Under the pieces are notes generated by a model, which did not search any database, was not told the origin of the DNA, and was given only the letters and a program-made list of their open reading frames with translations. From an archaeon (GTDB lineage Archaea > B1Sed10-29 > WALL01): a stretch of DNA of 23,184 nt. The translations under genes and the position numbers were made by a program. Location: the NCBI GenBank assembly GCA_030592525.1, contig JAUVIW010000006.1, positions 1 to 23,184 on the forward strand, written 5' to 3'. This document shows, in pieces, positions 7,291 to 15,996 of the stretch. Within the stretch, counting starts at the first letter, position 1. Each line of letters opens with the position of its first letter.

Positions 7291-7671
7291 TCAATCATCG
7301 CCCCGATACTTCTCGTGCAGGATATCGACCTGTTCCTCACCGACACGGATTTTGCCAAAGCACTTGTGCGGAACCAAGGCGCCGCTGAACGTCTTGGGGA
7401 TGTGGAGAAGCTCGTGGATGACCACCTTCTCTTTTTCTTCGAGAGGCAGCACGTCGTAGCGGCGGGAGATTACCTCTATCACGTAGCCCGGCTTCATGTC
7501 GAACGCTATCTGCCACGCGCGCGGCATCTCCCAAATGCGGGCGATTGCATTGCTTTTGGAGCCCTCTGAGCGCAGGGCGACGACGCGGTCTGCGTTGATG
7601 TAGTCAAGTTCCAGCCGATAGATGGCGTTGTTGATTAGCTCCTGGACATCAGGGGCTTTTACCCAATTCAT
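7291..7671 (-). CDS. Small HExxH zinc-metallopeptidase-like protein (archaeal 'predicted metallopeptidase' type)
   Basis: ATG 7671..7669 gives 126 aa. HExxH motif in VVIHELLHIPKTF. ATGA start/stop overlap with the upstream TldE gene (7668..7671). TGA at 7293..7291. Confidence 0.5.
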   Translation of the reverse strand: MNWVKAPDVQELINNAIYRLELDYINADRVVALRSEGSKSNAIARIWEMPRAWQIAFDMKPGYVIEVISRRYDVLPLEEKEKVVIHELLHIPKTFSGALVPHKCFGKIRVGEEQVDILHEKYRGDD

Positions 7672-8927
7672 TTTACCACCTCTGCATCGAAGCACATGCG
7701 GGGGGAAGTGAACCAGTCACGGGTCAAGGCCTTTTTGTCGAACATGGGGTTGTCTTTAAGAGCAGAGAAAATGTTGCCGCGCAGGATTGAGCCGCGGACG
7801 GGCTTGTCGAACTCGCCGTTCTTGAGTGTGAAGCCAAGGGTGATTGTGAGGGCAAAGTCGCCTGTCACAGAGTTCATGTTATGGAAGCCCATGAGCTCGC
7901 GGACGAAAAGGCCGGAATTTGCGAAGGCGTTGCACTTCTCCGACGGGTTGAGGACTATGTTTGTGACTGAGGTCTCTGGTGCGACGGAGTACGATGGACG
8001 GAAGCCGCTGCCGGTCGGCTTTGCTTTTGAGAGCGCGGCGGTGCGCGAGTCGTACAGGAATTTCTTGAGCACGCCGTTGCGAATAAGTGATTTTTTCCTT
8101 GTTGGGCGGCCCTCGTCATCGAACGCCGCTGTGGGCTGCGCCCACGGGATGTGCGGGTCCTCGACGACATTGATGCGCGGATGCATGACTCTTTTGTTCA
8201 GGCTGTTTGCCCAAGTGGTCTTCTTTCGGCGCGCGGACTCGCCATTGAACTGCTCGAGCACGGCCGAAGCAAAGAAGCTAGACAATGCCTCGACACTGAG
8301 GCAGATACGGCCCTTGAATGCCACGGGCTTCGCGCCATTGCCGAGCGACGCCCACTCGCCGGCCTTGAAGCCGATGGGCTGGGTGCTTGTGATGCGGCTC
8401 GAGGAGTGCTCGTCATAGGAAAGGCTCTTGCCCTTCTTCGCCTCTTCGTAGGCGAAGAAAGTTGTTTCCTTGGACTCTAGGTCAACGCCCTCGGAATTGA
8501 TTATGCGGTGAGTGGAAGTGCCTGCCGAGACCTCGCCCTTTACAGGCAACGCCTTCTCGGAAGCGCCGTTCACCATCGCGAGCAGCATGTCGACGGCGGA
8601 ATCCTCATCGACTTTTGTCACGCGGCGGTCAAAGGATTTCACTGGCTTTGGGCGAGAGGGTGATGGGAGGGCAAGGTTTTCTTTTGGCAATAGCTTCGCG
8701 GTGCGCACAGCCTCGTCAACAGCGCGTTTGGCATCCTCAACGCGGGTGAAATAGGCAAAGCCCGTCCTGCCTTTGTGAACGACGCGCAGGCCGTAGCCGC
8801 TCTCGCGAGAGGACTTGCAAGCCTCAACGCGGTCCAGGGAGTTGCGCGCCAGAACGCCATCGGACTCTGAGTAGAACACGTCGGCGGCGTCAGCCTTCTT
8901 GAGAGCAAGCCGGAGTATCTCTTCCAT
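7668..8927 (-). CDS. tldE: TldE/PmbA-family protein (peptidase U62, non-catalytic partner)
   Basis: ATG 8927..8925 gives 419 aa. The longer listed ORF start is antisense junk. Peptidase U62 fold similarity (GFHNMNSVTGDFALTI...). Lacks the HExxxH motif. Overlaps the TldD stop by 1 nt (TAATG). Confidence 0.75.
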   Translation of the reverse strand: MEEILRLALKKADAADVFYSESDGVLARNSLDRVEACKSSRESGYGLRVVHKGRTGFAYFTRVEDAKRAVDEAVRTAKLLPKENLALPSPSRPKPVKSFDRRVTKVDEDSAVDMLLAMVNGASEKALPVKGEVSAGTSTHRIINSEGVDLESKETTFFAYEEAKKGKSLSYDEHSSSRITSTQPIGFKAGEWASLGNGAKPVAFKGRICLSVEALSSFFASAVLEQFNGESARRKKTTWANSLNKRVMHPRINVVEDPHIPWAQPTAAFDDEGRPTRKKSLIRNGVLKKFLYDSRTAALSKAKPTGSGFRPSYSVAPETSVTNIVLNPSEKCNAFANSGLFVRELMGFHNMNSVTGDFALTITLGFTLKNGEFDKPVRGSILRGNIFSALKDNPMFDKKALTRDWFTSPRMCFDAEVVK

Positions 8928-10282
8928 TAGCCACCCACCAGCATTTTCTTTATTCGGATGTGCGGGCCGCCGTCGCTCACGGGAACGCCCTGGCCGGCCT
9001 TGCCGCAGGTGCCGGGCACGCCTGCCTTCCACTGCTTGCCGCACGCCTCGATAAGCTTGAGCGTGTCGACAATGTTGCCGACCACGGTGATGTCACGCAA
9101 TGGCTTTGTGAGCTCACCGTTTTCAATCAGGCGGCCGCACTCGGCGGCGAACTGGAAGAAGCCTGTCGACGGCTCTGTCACGCCGCCCTTCATGCCCTCG
9201 ATGTAGACGCCGCGCTTGATTGGGGCGAAGAGCTCTTCGCGTGAGTGGTCGCCCGCCTCGAAAAAGGTGTTGCTCATGCGGACCAATGGAAATGCGAGGA
9301 CGCTCTCGGCACGGGCGTTGCCAGTTGGCTTTTGGCCGAGCTTGGCAGCGGTCTCGCGCGAGTGCAGGAAGGCGCACAGGCGGCCCTTGTCCACGAGCAC
9401 TTTTCTCTGGGCCTTCGTGCCCTCGGCGTCGAACGGGTACGAGCCGTACATACGAGGCAGGGTTGGGTCGTCCACAATGGTGACGCATCGCGAGCCGATG
9501 AGCGTGTTCATGCGGTTGCCGAGGATGCTGCACTTGTTGAGGACAGCGTCGGCCTCGCACGCGTGCCCCACAGCCTCGTGCGCGAAGACACCTGCCATGC
9601 GCGGGTCAACGACCACGGGCATGGAGCCTTTGGGTGGGAGCTCTGACTTCAGGAGGCGCTTGGCTTTTGTGATGACTCGGTCGACGAGCACTTCCTTCTT
9701 GTTGAGTATCTCTGTGCCGCAGAGCAGGGCGTCACGGTCCGATGCGCGCATGAGTGTGTCGCCCTTGACAAAGGCCGCGGCAGTGAACACACTGCGAACT
9801 GGGTGGTACTCAATGGCCGAGCCCTCAGAATTTGCATAGCACCACTCGCCCCACGCATCGCCGTAGCTCACATCGCTCGCGTGCACCTTGGAATCGGCAA
9901 GGGTGCGCTTGCTGAGCTCGACACAGCGCCTGGCCTTTTCATCAATGTGCATGTCCTTGGGGTGGTGCTTGGGCTTGATTCGAGCCTTGGCAACGTGCGG
10001 CTCCACTGGCGCCAGCTTCGCGGCAATGGGCCGGACGCTGGAGGCGCGGGCGAGCTTTATCGCGCGGTCCACTAAAGAGCCGATGTCGGAGACGCTGTTG
10101 GAGACGGCAAAGCCCCACGCCCCCTTGTACAGGACGCGGACACCGATGCCCTCGCGCGCTCCCGCTACCAAAGACTCGATTGCCTTGTCGCGGACGCTAA
10201 TGTGCGTGGACCACGCCCTGGCGGCGCGAATCTCGACGAAATCAGCAGGGGCGCCAACGTGCTTGAGTAAGAGGTCTAACAC
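8927..10282 (-). CDS. tldD: TldD metalloprotease (peptidase U62)
   Basis: 451 aa, GTG start at 10282. HExxxH motif FAHEAVGHACEAD. C-terminal GxC motifs (TCGKAGQGVP) typical of TldD. Confidence 0.8.
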   Translation of the reverse strand: MLDLLLKHVGAPADFVEIRAARAWSTHISVRDKAIESLVAGAREGIGVRVLYKGAWGFAVSNSVSDIGSLVDRAIKLARASSVRPIAAKLAPVEPHVAKARIKPKHHPKDMHIDEKARRCVELSKRTLADSKVHASDVSYGDAWGEWCYANSEGSAIEYHPVRSVFTAAAFVKGDTLMRASDRDALLCGTEILNKKEVLVDRVITKAKRLLKSELPPKGSMPVVVDPRMAGVFAHEAVGHACEADAVLNKCSILGNRMNTLIGSRCVTIVDDPTLPRMYGSYPFDAEGTKAQRKVLVDKGRLCAFLHSRETAAKLGQKPTGNARAESVLAFPLVRMSNTFFEAGDHSREELFAPIKRGVYIEGMKGGVTEPSTGFFQFAAECGRLIENGELTKPLRDITVVGNIVDTLKLIEACGKQWKAGVPGTCGKAGQGVPVSDGGPHIRIKKMLVGG

Positions 10283-10305
10283 GCTGGGATAAAGGCGCCG
10301 GGGGT

Positions 10306-11601
10306 TTATTTTACTATCACACCGTTCCGCATTACTGTCCTGCCGTCGGCGATGAGGCGGCCGTTGAACATGGGCTTCACGAAGTCCAGGTGCAGCGTAG
10401 AATTGTTCTTGCCGCCGTAGCCAAGGTTCCAGCCAATGGCGATGTGCAGGGTGCCAAGGATTTTCTCGTCCACTATGGTGTAGCCGTTCGTGAACTCGGC
10501 GCCCTTGTTGCAGCCTATCCCCAATTCGGCAATACGGAACTTGTCACCGGTGTGCTCCTCGAACATCCTGTCCATGCCTCGCTGGTTCTTTTCCGCTGAG
10601 TACTCGACTACTTTGCCGTTTTTGAACACGAGCTCGATGCCCTCAGCGACGCCATGGCCGCGGAGCGGGTTGCGCGGTATCTTGAGGATTCCGTTAGCCG
10701 AATGCTCTTTTGGAGCGGTGAAGATTTCTCCGCAAGGGATGTTCATGCCGACATCGCGATGCTTGATGTCGTCGTCGCTGAGGACGCCGTCATCGCAAAG
10801 GAATCGGCGGCCACGGGTGGAGAATGACAGGTCAGTGCCGTCATCGTGCACAATGCGGATGCTTTTCTTTCCGTCGAGCTTCTTGTGGTACGCCCAGATT
10901 AGGTCGTATGTCTGCTTCTTGTACGACCACTTGATTGAGTTTTCGACAATGCGCTTGAACTTGGCTGCGGGAAAATTGAGGTCCTTCGCAATGCCGGGGT
11001 GTGGCCAGCCGACCAGGAGCCAGCGGATTTGGCGGGCGTCCATTATCTCGCGTGACTTCATGCCCGCGGGGGCGGATGCAAGGAACTTTGATGTCGGAAT
11101 TCCTTTGCGCCAGTCCTCGCGCTCCAGCGTGTCAAGCGACACGACATAGTCAAGGTTCTCGTCGATTGCGCGGGATATTGGGGAAAATTCCCGGAGTGAA
11201 TCCTCAGGGGACAGGATGCGGGTCTTGCGGGCCTTGGCCGTGTCCATCTCAGCCATGTGCGGCTTCGCGCCGTTCCTGAGGCACTGCTCCCACACTTTTT
11301 CCGCGAGCTTCTTGTTCGCCGGGTTGTAGTTGATGCGCACTGTGTGGCCAACCTTCTTTTTGAGGCGGTAGCCGCTCTTGCCCTTGATGGCGAGGGGGCC
11401 GTAGTCAACATCGCACCACGCGTCGAGCATGCGCGTTGCCTTGAGGCGCTTAGCCTCGTTGAAGGGAATGCTGTCCTTTTTCAGGATGCCCCTGGTCTTC
11501 GCCCCCCAGCGCTTCCTCGCCTTGGGGATTGACGGGTTGTCCTTCTGCCCAATGTGCTCGGTGTAGTTCACGAGCTTCTTTGCCAGCCACTCATTATCCA
11601 T
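10306..11601 (-). CDS. M29-family aminopeptidase (AmpS/aminopeptidase T-like)
   Basis: ATG 11601..11599 gives 431 aa. Motifs CGEIFTAP, FRIAELGIGCN, TLHIAIGWNLGYGG and TLHLDF correspond to conserved M29 blocks. The longer listed start at 11718 is antisense to the rnz start and was rejected. 23-bp gap to tldD. Confidence 0.7.
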   Translation of the reverse strand: MDNEWLAKKLVNYTEHIGQKDNPSIPKARKRWGAKTRGILKKDSIPFNEAKRLKATRMLDAWCDVDYGPLAIKGKSGYRLKKKVGHTVRINYNPANKKLAEKVWEQCLRNGAKPHMAEMDTAKARKTRILSPEDSLREFSPISRAIDENLDYVVSLDTLEREDWRKGIPTSKFLASAPAGMKSREIMDARQIRWLLVGWPHPGIAKDLNFPAAKFKRIVENSIKWSYKKQTYDLIWAYHKKLDGKKSIRIVHDDGTDLSFSTRGRRFLCDDGVLSDDDIKHRDVGMNIPCGEIFTAPKEHSANGILKIPRNPLRGHGVAEGIELVFKNGKVVEYSAEKNQRGMDRMFEEHTGDKFRIAELGIGCNKGAEFTNGYTIVDEKILGTLHIAIGWNLGYGGKNNSTLHLDFVKPMFNGRLIADGRTVMRNGVIVK

Positions 11602-11647
11602 AGTACCACCACAAAGCATTATAAGACGGGCTAATAAAAACCTTGTC
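11602..11647. promoter_or_regulatory. 46-bp divergent intergenic region between the aminopeptidase and rnz genes, with AT-rich boxes (cattataag, ctaataaaaa)
   Basis: These are the only AT-rich stretches in the interval, placed about 20-35 bp from each start codon. Confidence 0.3.
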
Positions 11648-12556
11648 ATGCGCGTGCAAATAGACTTCCTTGGCACCGGGTCGACTACGCCGACACCGGA
11701 CAGGAACCACTCAAGCATCCAGTTGGCTTACGGAAAGGACAGGCTGCTTTTTGACTGCGGCGAAGGGACGCAAAGGCAGATGGCCACGGCAAAGCTCAGC
11801 GTCGTCAAGGTCAAGGCGATAATGCTGACGCACTTGCATGGCGACCACACCCTCGGGCTGCCGGGCTTCCTGCTCACGTGCAGGCTGCGAGGGCGCGAGG
11901 AAGCGCTGCACATTTACGGGCCGGAGGGCACGAAGGAAATGCTGGAAAGCATCATGGGAATGATAAAGTTCAACGCGTACCCCGAGTTTGACATCGTTGT
12001 TCATGAAGTCCACGCTGGCCTTGTGTTCGAGACCGAGGAGTACGCAGTGTCGTGCTTCCCGGTTGACCATGACGTGCCTGCCGTGGGCTACGTGTTCCAG
12101 GAAAAAAGCCGCACGAACATTGACGAGAAGGCGTTGCGCAAGCTCGGACTGGAGCCGGGGCCGGAATACAAGGCACTCAAGAAAGGCGAGAGCGTCGAGT
12201 GGGAGGGTCGGGTGCTGAAGCCCGAGAAGTACTTGGCTGTGCGCAAGGGGCTTAAGATTGTTTACACTGGCGACTGCGCAACAGGGCAGAGCGTGCTTGA
12301 GGCTGCCGAAAACGCGGATTTGCTGATACACGAGGCAACATTTGCACAGGAGATAAAGGAGAACGCAGTGAAGTACAAGCACTCCACGGCAAAGGACGCG
12401 GGCGTGATGGCGCGCGAAGCCGATGTCAAGCAGCTGGTAATCACGCACTTCAGCACGAGGTACAGGAACGAGGACCTGTACAAGCTCCTGGATGAAGCCA
12501 AAAGGGAGTTTGAGAACACGGTCCTGGCCAAGGACTTCATGGTGATAGAGTTATGA
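11648..12556 (+). CDS. rnz: Ribonuclease Z (tRNA 3' endonuclease, metallo-beta-lactamase fold)
   Basis: 302 aa. Begins MRVQIDFLGTGSTTPTPDRNHSSIQL. His motif LTHLHGDHTLGLPG. C-terminal ITHFSTRY. Confidence 0.85.
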   Translation: MRVQIDFLGTGSTTPTPDRNHSSIQLAYGKDRLLFDCGEGTQRQMATAKLSVVKVKAIMLTHLHGDHTLGLPGFLLTCRLRGREEALHIYGPEGTKEMLESIMGMIKFNAYPEFDIVVHEVHAGLVFETEEYAVSCFPVDHDVPAVGYVFQEKSRTNIDEKALRKLGLEPGPEYKALKKGESVEWEGRVLKPEKYLAVRKGLKIVYTGDCATGQSVLEAAENADLLIHEATFAQEIKENAVKYKHSTAKDAGVMAREADVKQLVITHFSTRYRNEDLYKLLDEAKREFENTVLAKDFMVIEL

Positions 12557-12688
12557 TTATGCTGCGAGCCCGGAGGGCGAGCTTTTCGCCAGCCTTTCGA
12601 GCGAGTACCGTCCCACAGGACGGTATGAAGCGGAGAAAAGGCTGAAATCGAGCTATGAATATATACCTGAACAGAGTTGTTGAAAGCG

Positions 12689-13456
12689 ATGAAAAAAGCC
12701 ATCCTCCTACTGCTGATAATGGCGTCCGCGATGGCGCTGACGATTACGTCCCATGACATAGACATAACAATGAGGGCTGACGGGAGCGGGTATGTTGTGG
12801 AGGACTTTCAGGTGCGCCTCGGCGAAGGCGAGCGCGCAGAGTTCGAGCTTGCGCTTGAGGCGGGGACGCCTGGAGACATTGGGCTCGTTCCCACGATAGT
12901 CAAGGAGCACAGTGACATCAACATCATCCCACAAACCACGGAGAGTGACATCGCAGTGGTCACGTTCCAATACAACGTGCCCGAAATCGTGGACACCACC
13001 GAAACCAAGGGCAAACAGGCGCTCGTGGGGCTGACAGAAAAGGCGTTCTCGTTCTACGACGGGCACACGATGCAGCTGCCATACGACCCGCAGACGACGC
13101 TGTCAGTCATGGTGCCACAGGACATACTCCTTGCGGGTGACCCTTTGCCGCCAACAGGCGCGCCGACGAAGGAACTGGGCGTTGACGGCAAGCAATACCT
13201 CAAGTACACTTGGAGCTACAGGAAGCCATTCAACACCGCAGAGTTCCGCGTGATCTACGAAAAAGAGGTCAGCATCCAAAGCCAATTGTCGCCGAGCGTG
13301 ATACTCAATGAATTCCGCGAGAAGTACGGGAACCCGATTTACATCGCGGTGGCAGTGATACTGCTGATTGTAGTGCTGTGGTACAGGAAAGAAGTTTACA
13401 TCGTCGTCCAGGAAGCGTTCGCCGGCGAGCCGGTCATCGAGGACGATGAGGCTTGA
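12689..13456 (+). CDS. Hypothetical secreted/surface protein with N-terminal signal peptide and C-terminal TM anchor
   Basis: ATG at 12689 gives 255 aa (the listed ORF starts at TTG 12677). Signal peptide MKKAILLLLIMASAMALTIT. C-terminal hydrophobic helix IYIAVAVILLIVVLWY is followed by an acidic tail. TATA-like tatgaatatata lies about 25-35 bp upstream. Confidence 0.55.
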   Translation: MKKAILLLLIMASAMALTITSHDIDITMRADGSGYVVEDFQVRLGEGERAEFELALEAGTPGDIGLVPTIVKEHSDINIIPQTTESDIAVVTFQYNVPEIVDTTETKGKQALVGLTEKAFSFYDGHTMQLPYDPQTTLSVMVPQDILLAGDPLPPTGAPTKELGVDGKQYLKYTWSYRKPFNTAEFRVIYEKEVSIQSQLSPSVILNEFREKYGNPIYIAVAVILLIVVLWYRKEVYIVVQEAFAGEPVIEDDEA

Positions 13457-13775
13457 ACATCACGGGCTCAAACTTGATGTTCAGAAGCCTTGCGACACGC
13501 TGCATTGCATGGTCATCAGTGACCACGATGCCGTGCTCAACAGCAAGGGCGAGGACGCGAACATCAGTTTCGGAGAGGGCTTCTTTGCCCATTGTCTCGC
13601 GGACTTTTGCGATGCTTTCTGCTGCGGGCTCGAGCACGCGGAGCTCGCCTGAGTCAAGGGCTGCCTGCACCTCTGTCTTGGAGCGCCAGTCACGGATTTC
13701 GTCGACGGCTTCCTTTACGGTAACGCCGTCGCGGCGGCCGAAGTTCAGGATGCTGGAGGCATCGAGCACACGCAT
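13434..13775 (-). CDS. PIN-domain nuclease (Nob1 N-domain/VapC-like), stand-alone
   Basis: ATG 13775..13773 gives 113 aa. MRVLDASSIL (first acidic residue), SETDVRVLALAVE, VVTDDHAMQ give a minimal PIN catalytic triad pattern. There is no Zn-ribbon. Its 3' end overlaps the surface-protein gene by 23 bp. Confidence 0.55.
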   Translation of the reverse strand: MRVLDASSILNFGRRDGVTVKEAVDEIRDWRSKTEVQAALDSGELRVLEPAAESIAKVRETMGKEALSETDVRVLALAVEHGIVVTDDHAMQRVARLLNIKFEPVMFKPHRPR

Positions 13776-13828
13776 AATGCCTTTGGGGCGCCAAGGCTTT
13801 TTAATCCTGGCGGCGCAATAATAGTGGT

Positions 13829-14464
13829 ATGCCCAAGGAAGCACCGAAACGCAGGCGCAGGAAGGTAACCAAAGCACCTGCATTCAACCCTAGAAAGCAC
13901 CTGGAGAAGTACGCGACTGAAGCGGATGAGTTCAGTGAGCATGTGCTTGAGAAAAAGGTCACGGGGAATGTACAAAAAAAAATACTGAATATGCTGAAGA
14001 AAAGAGAGGAATACTGTAAAAATTATTCGGAGTGGGCAAAGGAAAATGAGGAAGCGCATATCAAGGTCATGGGTGAAGACAACAACCTTGAGATACTGCA
14101 CCACATGTTCGGTGGCGCTGGGATAATGCCAACATACGGCGACTACAAAGAACCGGGCGAGAGGGACCTGAACAGGTTCCATGAAAAGAGCGGGATGGGG
14201 CTCGCGCAAGCCGCGCACCAAGTTATACTCATTGATAAAATAGATGAAAGAGAATTGGGGGAATACTTCGGTGCCAACCAATACGCGAAAAGTGATGCAC
14301 GCGATGCTGAAAAGCACAACAGGGAAAGGGAGCTTAAGGAGCTCGTTTTCGAGCACACTTATCCTGGTTTGGACATAAACTCTGGTGAAGGGACGCTGAA
14401 GGACATCTTTTTTGACTACAAGAATTCAGAATTGGTCAAGAGAGTCAGGGAAATTCTGGGGTAA
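13829..14464 (+). CDS. Hypothetical protein with a highly basic N-terminus, in a lower-GC patch
   Basis: 211 aa. N-terminus PKEAPKRRRRKVTKAPAFNPRK. The remainder has no family I recognise. It contains an A9 tract at 13974..13982. By eye the composition is noticeably more AT-rich than neighbouring genes. Confidence 0.5.
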   Translation: MPKEAPKRRRRKVTKAPAFNPRKHLEKYATEADEFSEHVLEKKVTGNVQKKILNMLKKREEYCKNYSEWAKENEEAHIKVMGEDNNLEILHHMFGGAGIMPTYGDYKEPGERDLNRFHEKSGMGLAQAAHQVILIDKIDERELGEYFGANQYAKSDARDAEKHNRERELKELVFEHTYPGLDINSGEGTLKDIFFDYKNSELVKRVREILG

Positions 14465-14510
14465 CTATATTAAAAGGCGAGGCTGTAATAACCTCCAGAT
14501 TGGTGGCTAA

Positions 14511-15995
14511 ATGGACACGCTGCACGAGCACGAAAAGATAATTCTTCAGGCTCTGGAAAAGGGAGCCTTAACCGAAGCAGAGCTAGTGAAAGCCACCGGC
14601 CTGCAGCAGGCAAGCGTGTCTCACGCGAGCCTTTGGCTCTATTCCAAGGGGCTCACGAAAATTGACGAGGCAGTGACCGAGTGGGTGGAGCTCAATGACG
14701 AGGGCCGGAAGTACCTCAAGGAAGGGCTGCCTGAAAGAAAGGCCTTGAAGCTCCTTGCTAAGAGTGATGTCAGTGCCAAAGACCTGGGGGATAAGATTGG
14801 CCCGGCAGAAAGCAGGATTGCCATGGCATGGCTCATGAAGAGCAGGCTTGCGCGGGTTGAGAAAGGAGTAATCAAGCTCACTGAGGAAGGCGAGCGGGCC
14901 CTGAACTCAAAGCTGCCGGCAGAGGAAGCGCTCGAGGCGCTGAACAAAAAAGTGGAGTCCTCGAAAGCGCCGGTTGGAATACTCGGGAAAAGAGGGAAAA
15001 TATTCAGGGTTAGCGAGAACAAGGTGCGAACAGTCATGCTGACGGACAAGGGCAGGAAGCTCGTGGACAAAGGGATAGAGATTGGGAACGAGGTCAACGT
15101 GCTTACCCCGCAGCTCATCAAGAGCGGGAAGTGGAAGGACACCAAGTTCCGCGCTTATGACATCACGGGCGTCGCGCCACCCATGCTCATAGGAAAGAGG
15201 CAGCCGTACAAGGCGCTGCTGGACGAGGCACGCGACCGATTGACTTCAATGGGCTTCATCGAGATGCGCGGGCCGGTTGTCGAGACAGAGTTCTGGAACT
15301 TCGACACCCTTTATCAGCCGCAGAACCACCCGACACGAAGCCGCAAGGACACTTACTATATACTAAAGCCCAACAGGGGCGAACTGCCGACAGACCACAC
15401 CATCAAGGTGCGCCAGGCGCACGAGAGCGGGTTTGCGGAAGGCAGCAGGGGCTGGGGGTACCAGTGGAACCCGGAGAAGGCCAAGGAGCTCATCATGCGC
15501 ACGCACACCACCGCGGTGTCGGCGCACGCAATGGCAGAGCACGGCGACAAGAAAGGCAAGTATTTCACTATCTCGCGCAATTTCCGCAGGGACGTGATTG
15601 ACGCGACGCACCTGCCGGAGTTCTACCAGTGCGACGGGATAATAGTGGACCCGGACATGAACTTCCGCCAGCTCTTGGGTATGCTCAAGGACTTTGCAAG
15701 GGAGTTTGCGTACACAGAGGAAGTGCGGTTCAGGGCAGACTACTTCCCTTACACAGAGCCAAGCGTGGAGCTGAGCGCGAAGCACCCGGACCTGGGGTGG
15801 ATAGAGCTCGGTGGCGCAGGGATGTTCAGGCCCGAGGTACGCGAGCCTCTGGGCATCAAGAGCGAGGTAATGGCCTGGGGACTCGGGTTCGACAGGCTAG
15901 TAATGCTAAAGCTAGGTATCAAAGACATTAGGCAGCTGTTCAGCACCGACCTGAAGTGGCTCGGTGATGTCAGCCTAAGGTATGAGATGAAATAA
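14511..15995 (+). CDS. pheS: Phenylalanyl-tRNA synthetase alpha subunit (archaeal/eukaryotic type)
   Basis: 494 aa. Class II aaRS motifs FDTLYQPQNHPTRS, MRTHTTAVSAHAM, FRRDVIDATHLPEFYQCDG, YFPYTEPSVEL. Confidence 0.9.
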   Translation: MDTLHEHEKIILQALEKGALTEAELVKATGLQQASVSHASLWLYSKGLTKIDEAVTEWVELNDEGRKYLKEGLPERKALKLLAKSDVSAKDLGDKIGPAESRIAMAWLMKSRLARVEKGVIKLTEEGERALNSKLPAEEALEALNKKVESSKAPVGILGKRGKIFRVSENKVRTVMLTDKGRKLVDKGIEIGNEVNVLTPQLIKSGKWKDTKFRAYDITGVAPPMLIGKRQPYKALLDEARDRLTSMGFIEMRGPVVETEFWNFDTLYQPQNHPTRSRKDTYYILKPNRGELPTDHTIKVRQAHESGFAEGSRGWGYQWNPEKAKELIMRTHTTAVSAHAMAEHGDKKGKYFTISRNFRRDVIDATHLPEFYQCDGIIVDPDMNFRQLLGMLKDFAREFAYTEEVRFRADYFPYTEPSVELSAKHPDLGWIELGGAGMFRPEVREPLGIKSEVMAWGLGFDRLVMLKLGIKDIRQLFSTDLKWLGDVSLRYEMK

Positions 15996-15996
15996 T

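Noticed and set aside
8960-10292. Several 80-200-aa ORFs on the + strand (for example 9216..9839, 9245..9646, 9888..10292)
   Set aside because: All lie antisense within tldD. They are Arg/Ala-rich with no motifs. These are GC-driven spurious frames.
10306-11718. Longer aminopeptidase start at 11718
   Set aside because: The extra 39 N-terminal codons are antisense to the rnz start and would abolish the divergent promoter. Homology to M29 begins at the internal ATG 11601.
12606-12625. Perfect 8-bp stem/4-nt loop hairpin (taccgtcc-caca-ggacggta) downstream of rnz
   Set aside because: This is a possible transcript 3' structure. Archaeal termination is mainly oligo-T driven and no T-tract follows, so I cannot support a terminator call from sequence alone.
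14639-15145. 168-aa Ser-rich minus-strand ORF
   Set aside because: Antisense shadow of pheS. Low-complexity Ser/Leu composition.
15880-15900. GGTTCGA-containing stretches (also about 3360 and 3441), checked as possible tRNA T-arm signatures
   Set aside because: All lie inside well-supported CDSs and lack the surrounding acceptor/anticodon stem complementarity. No tRNA gene could be supported. Intergenic regions are all under 120 bp.
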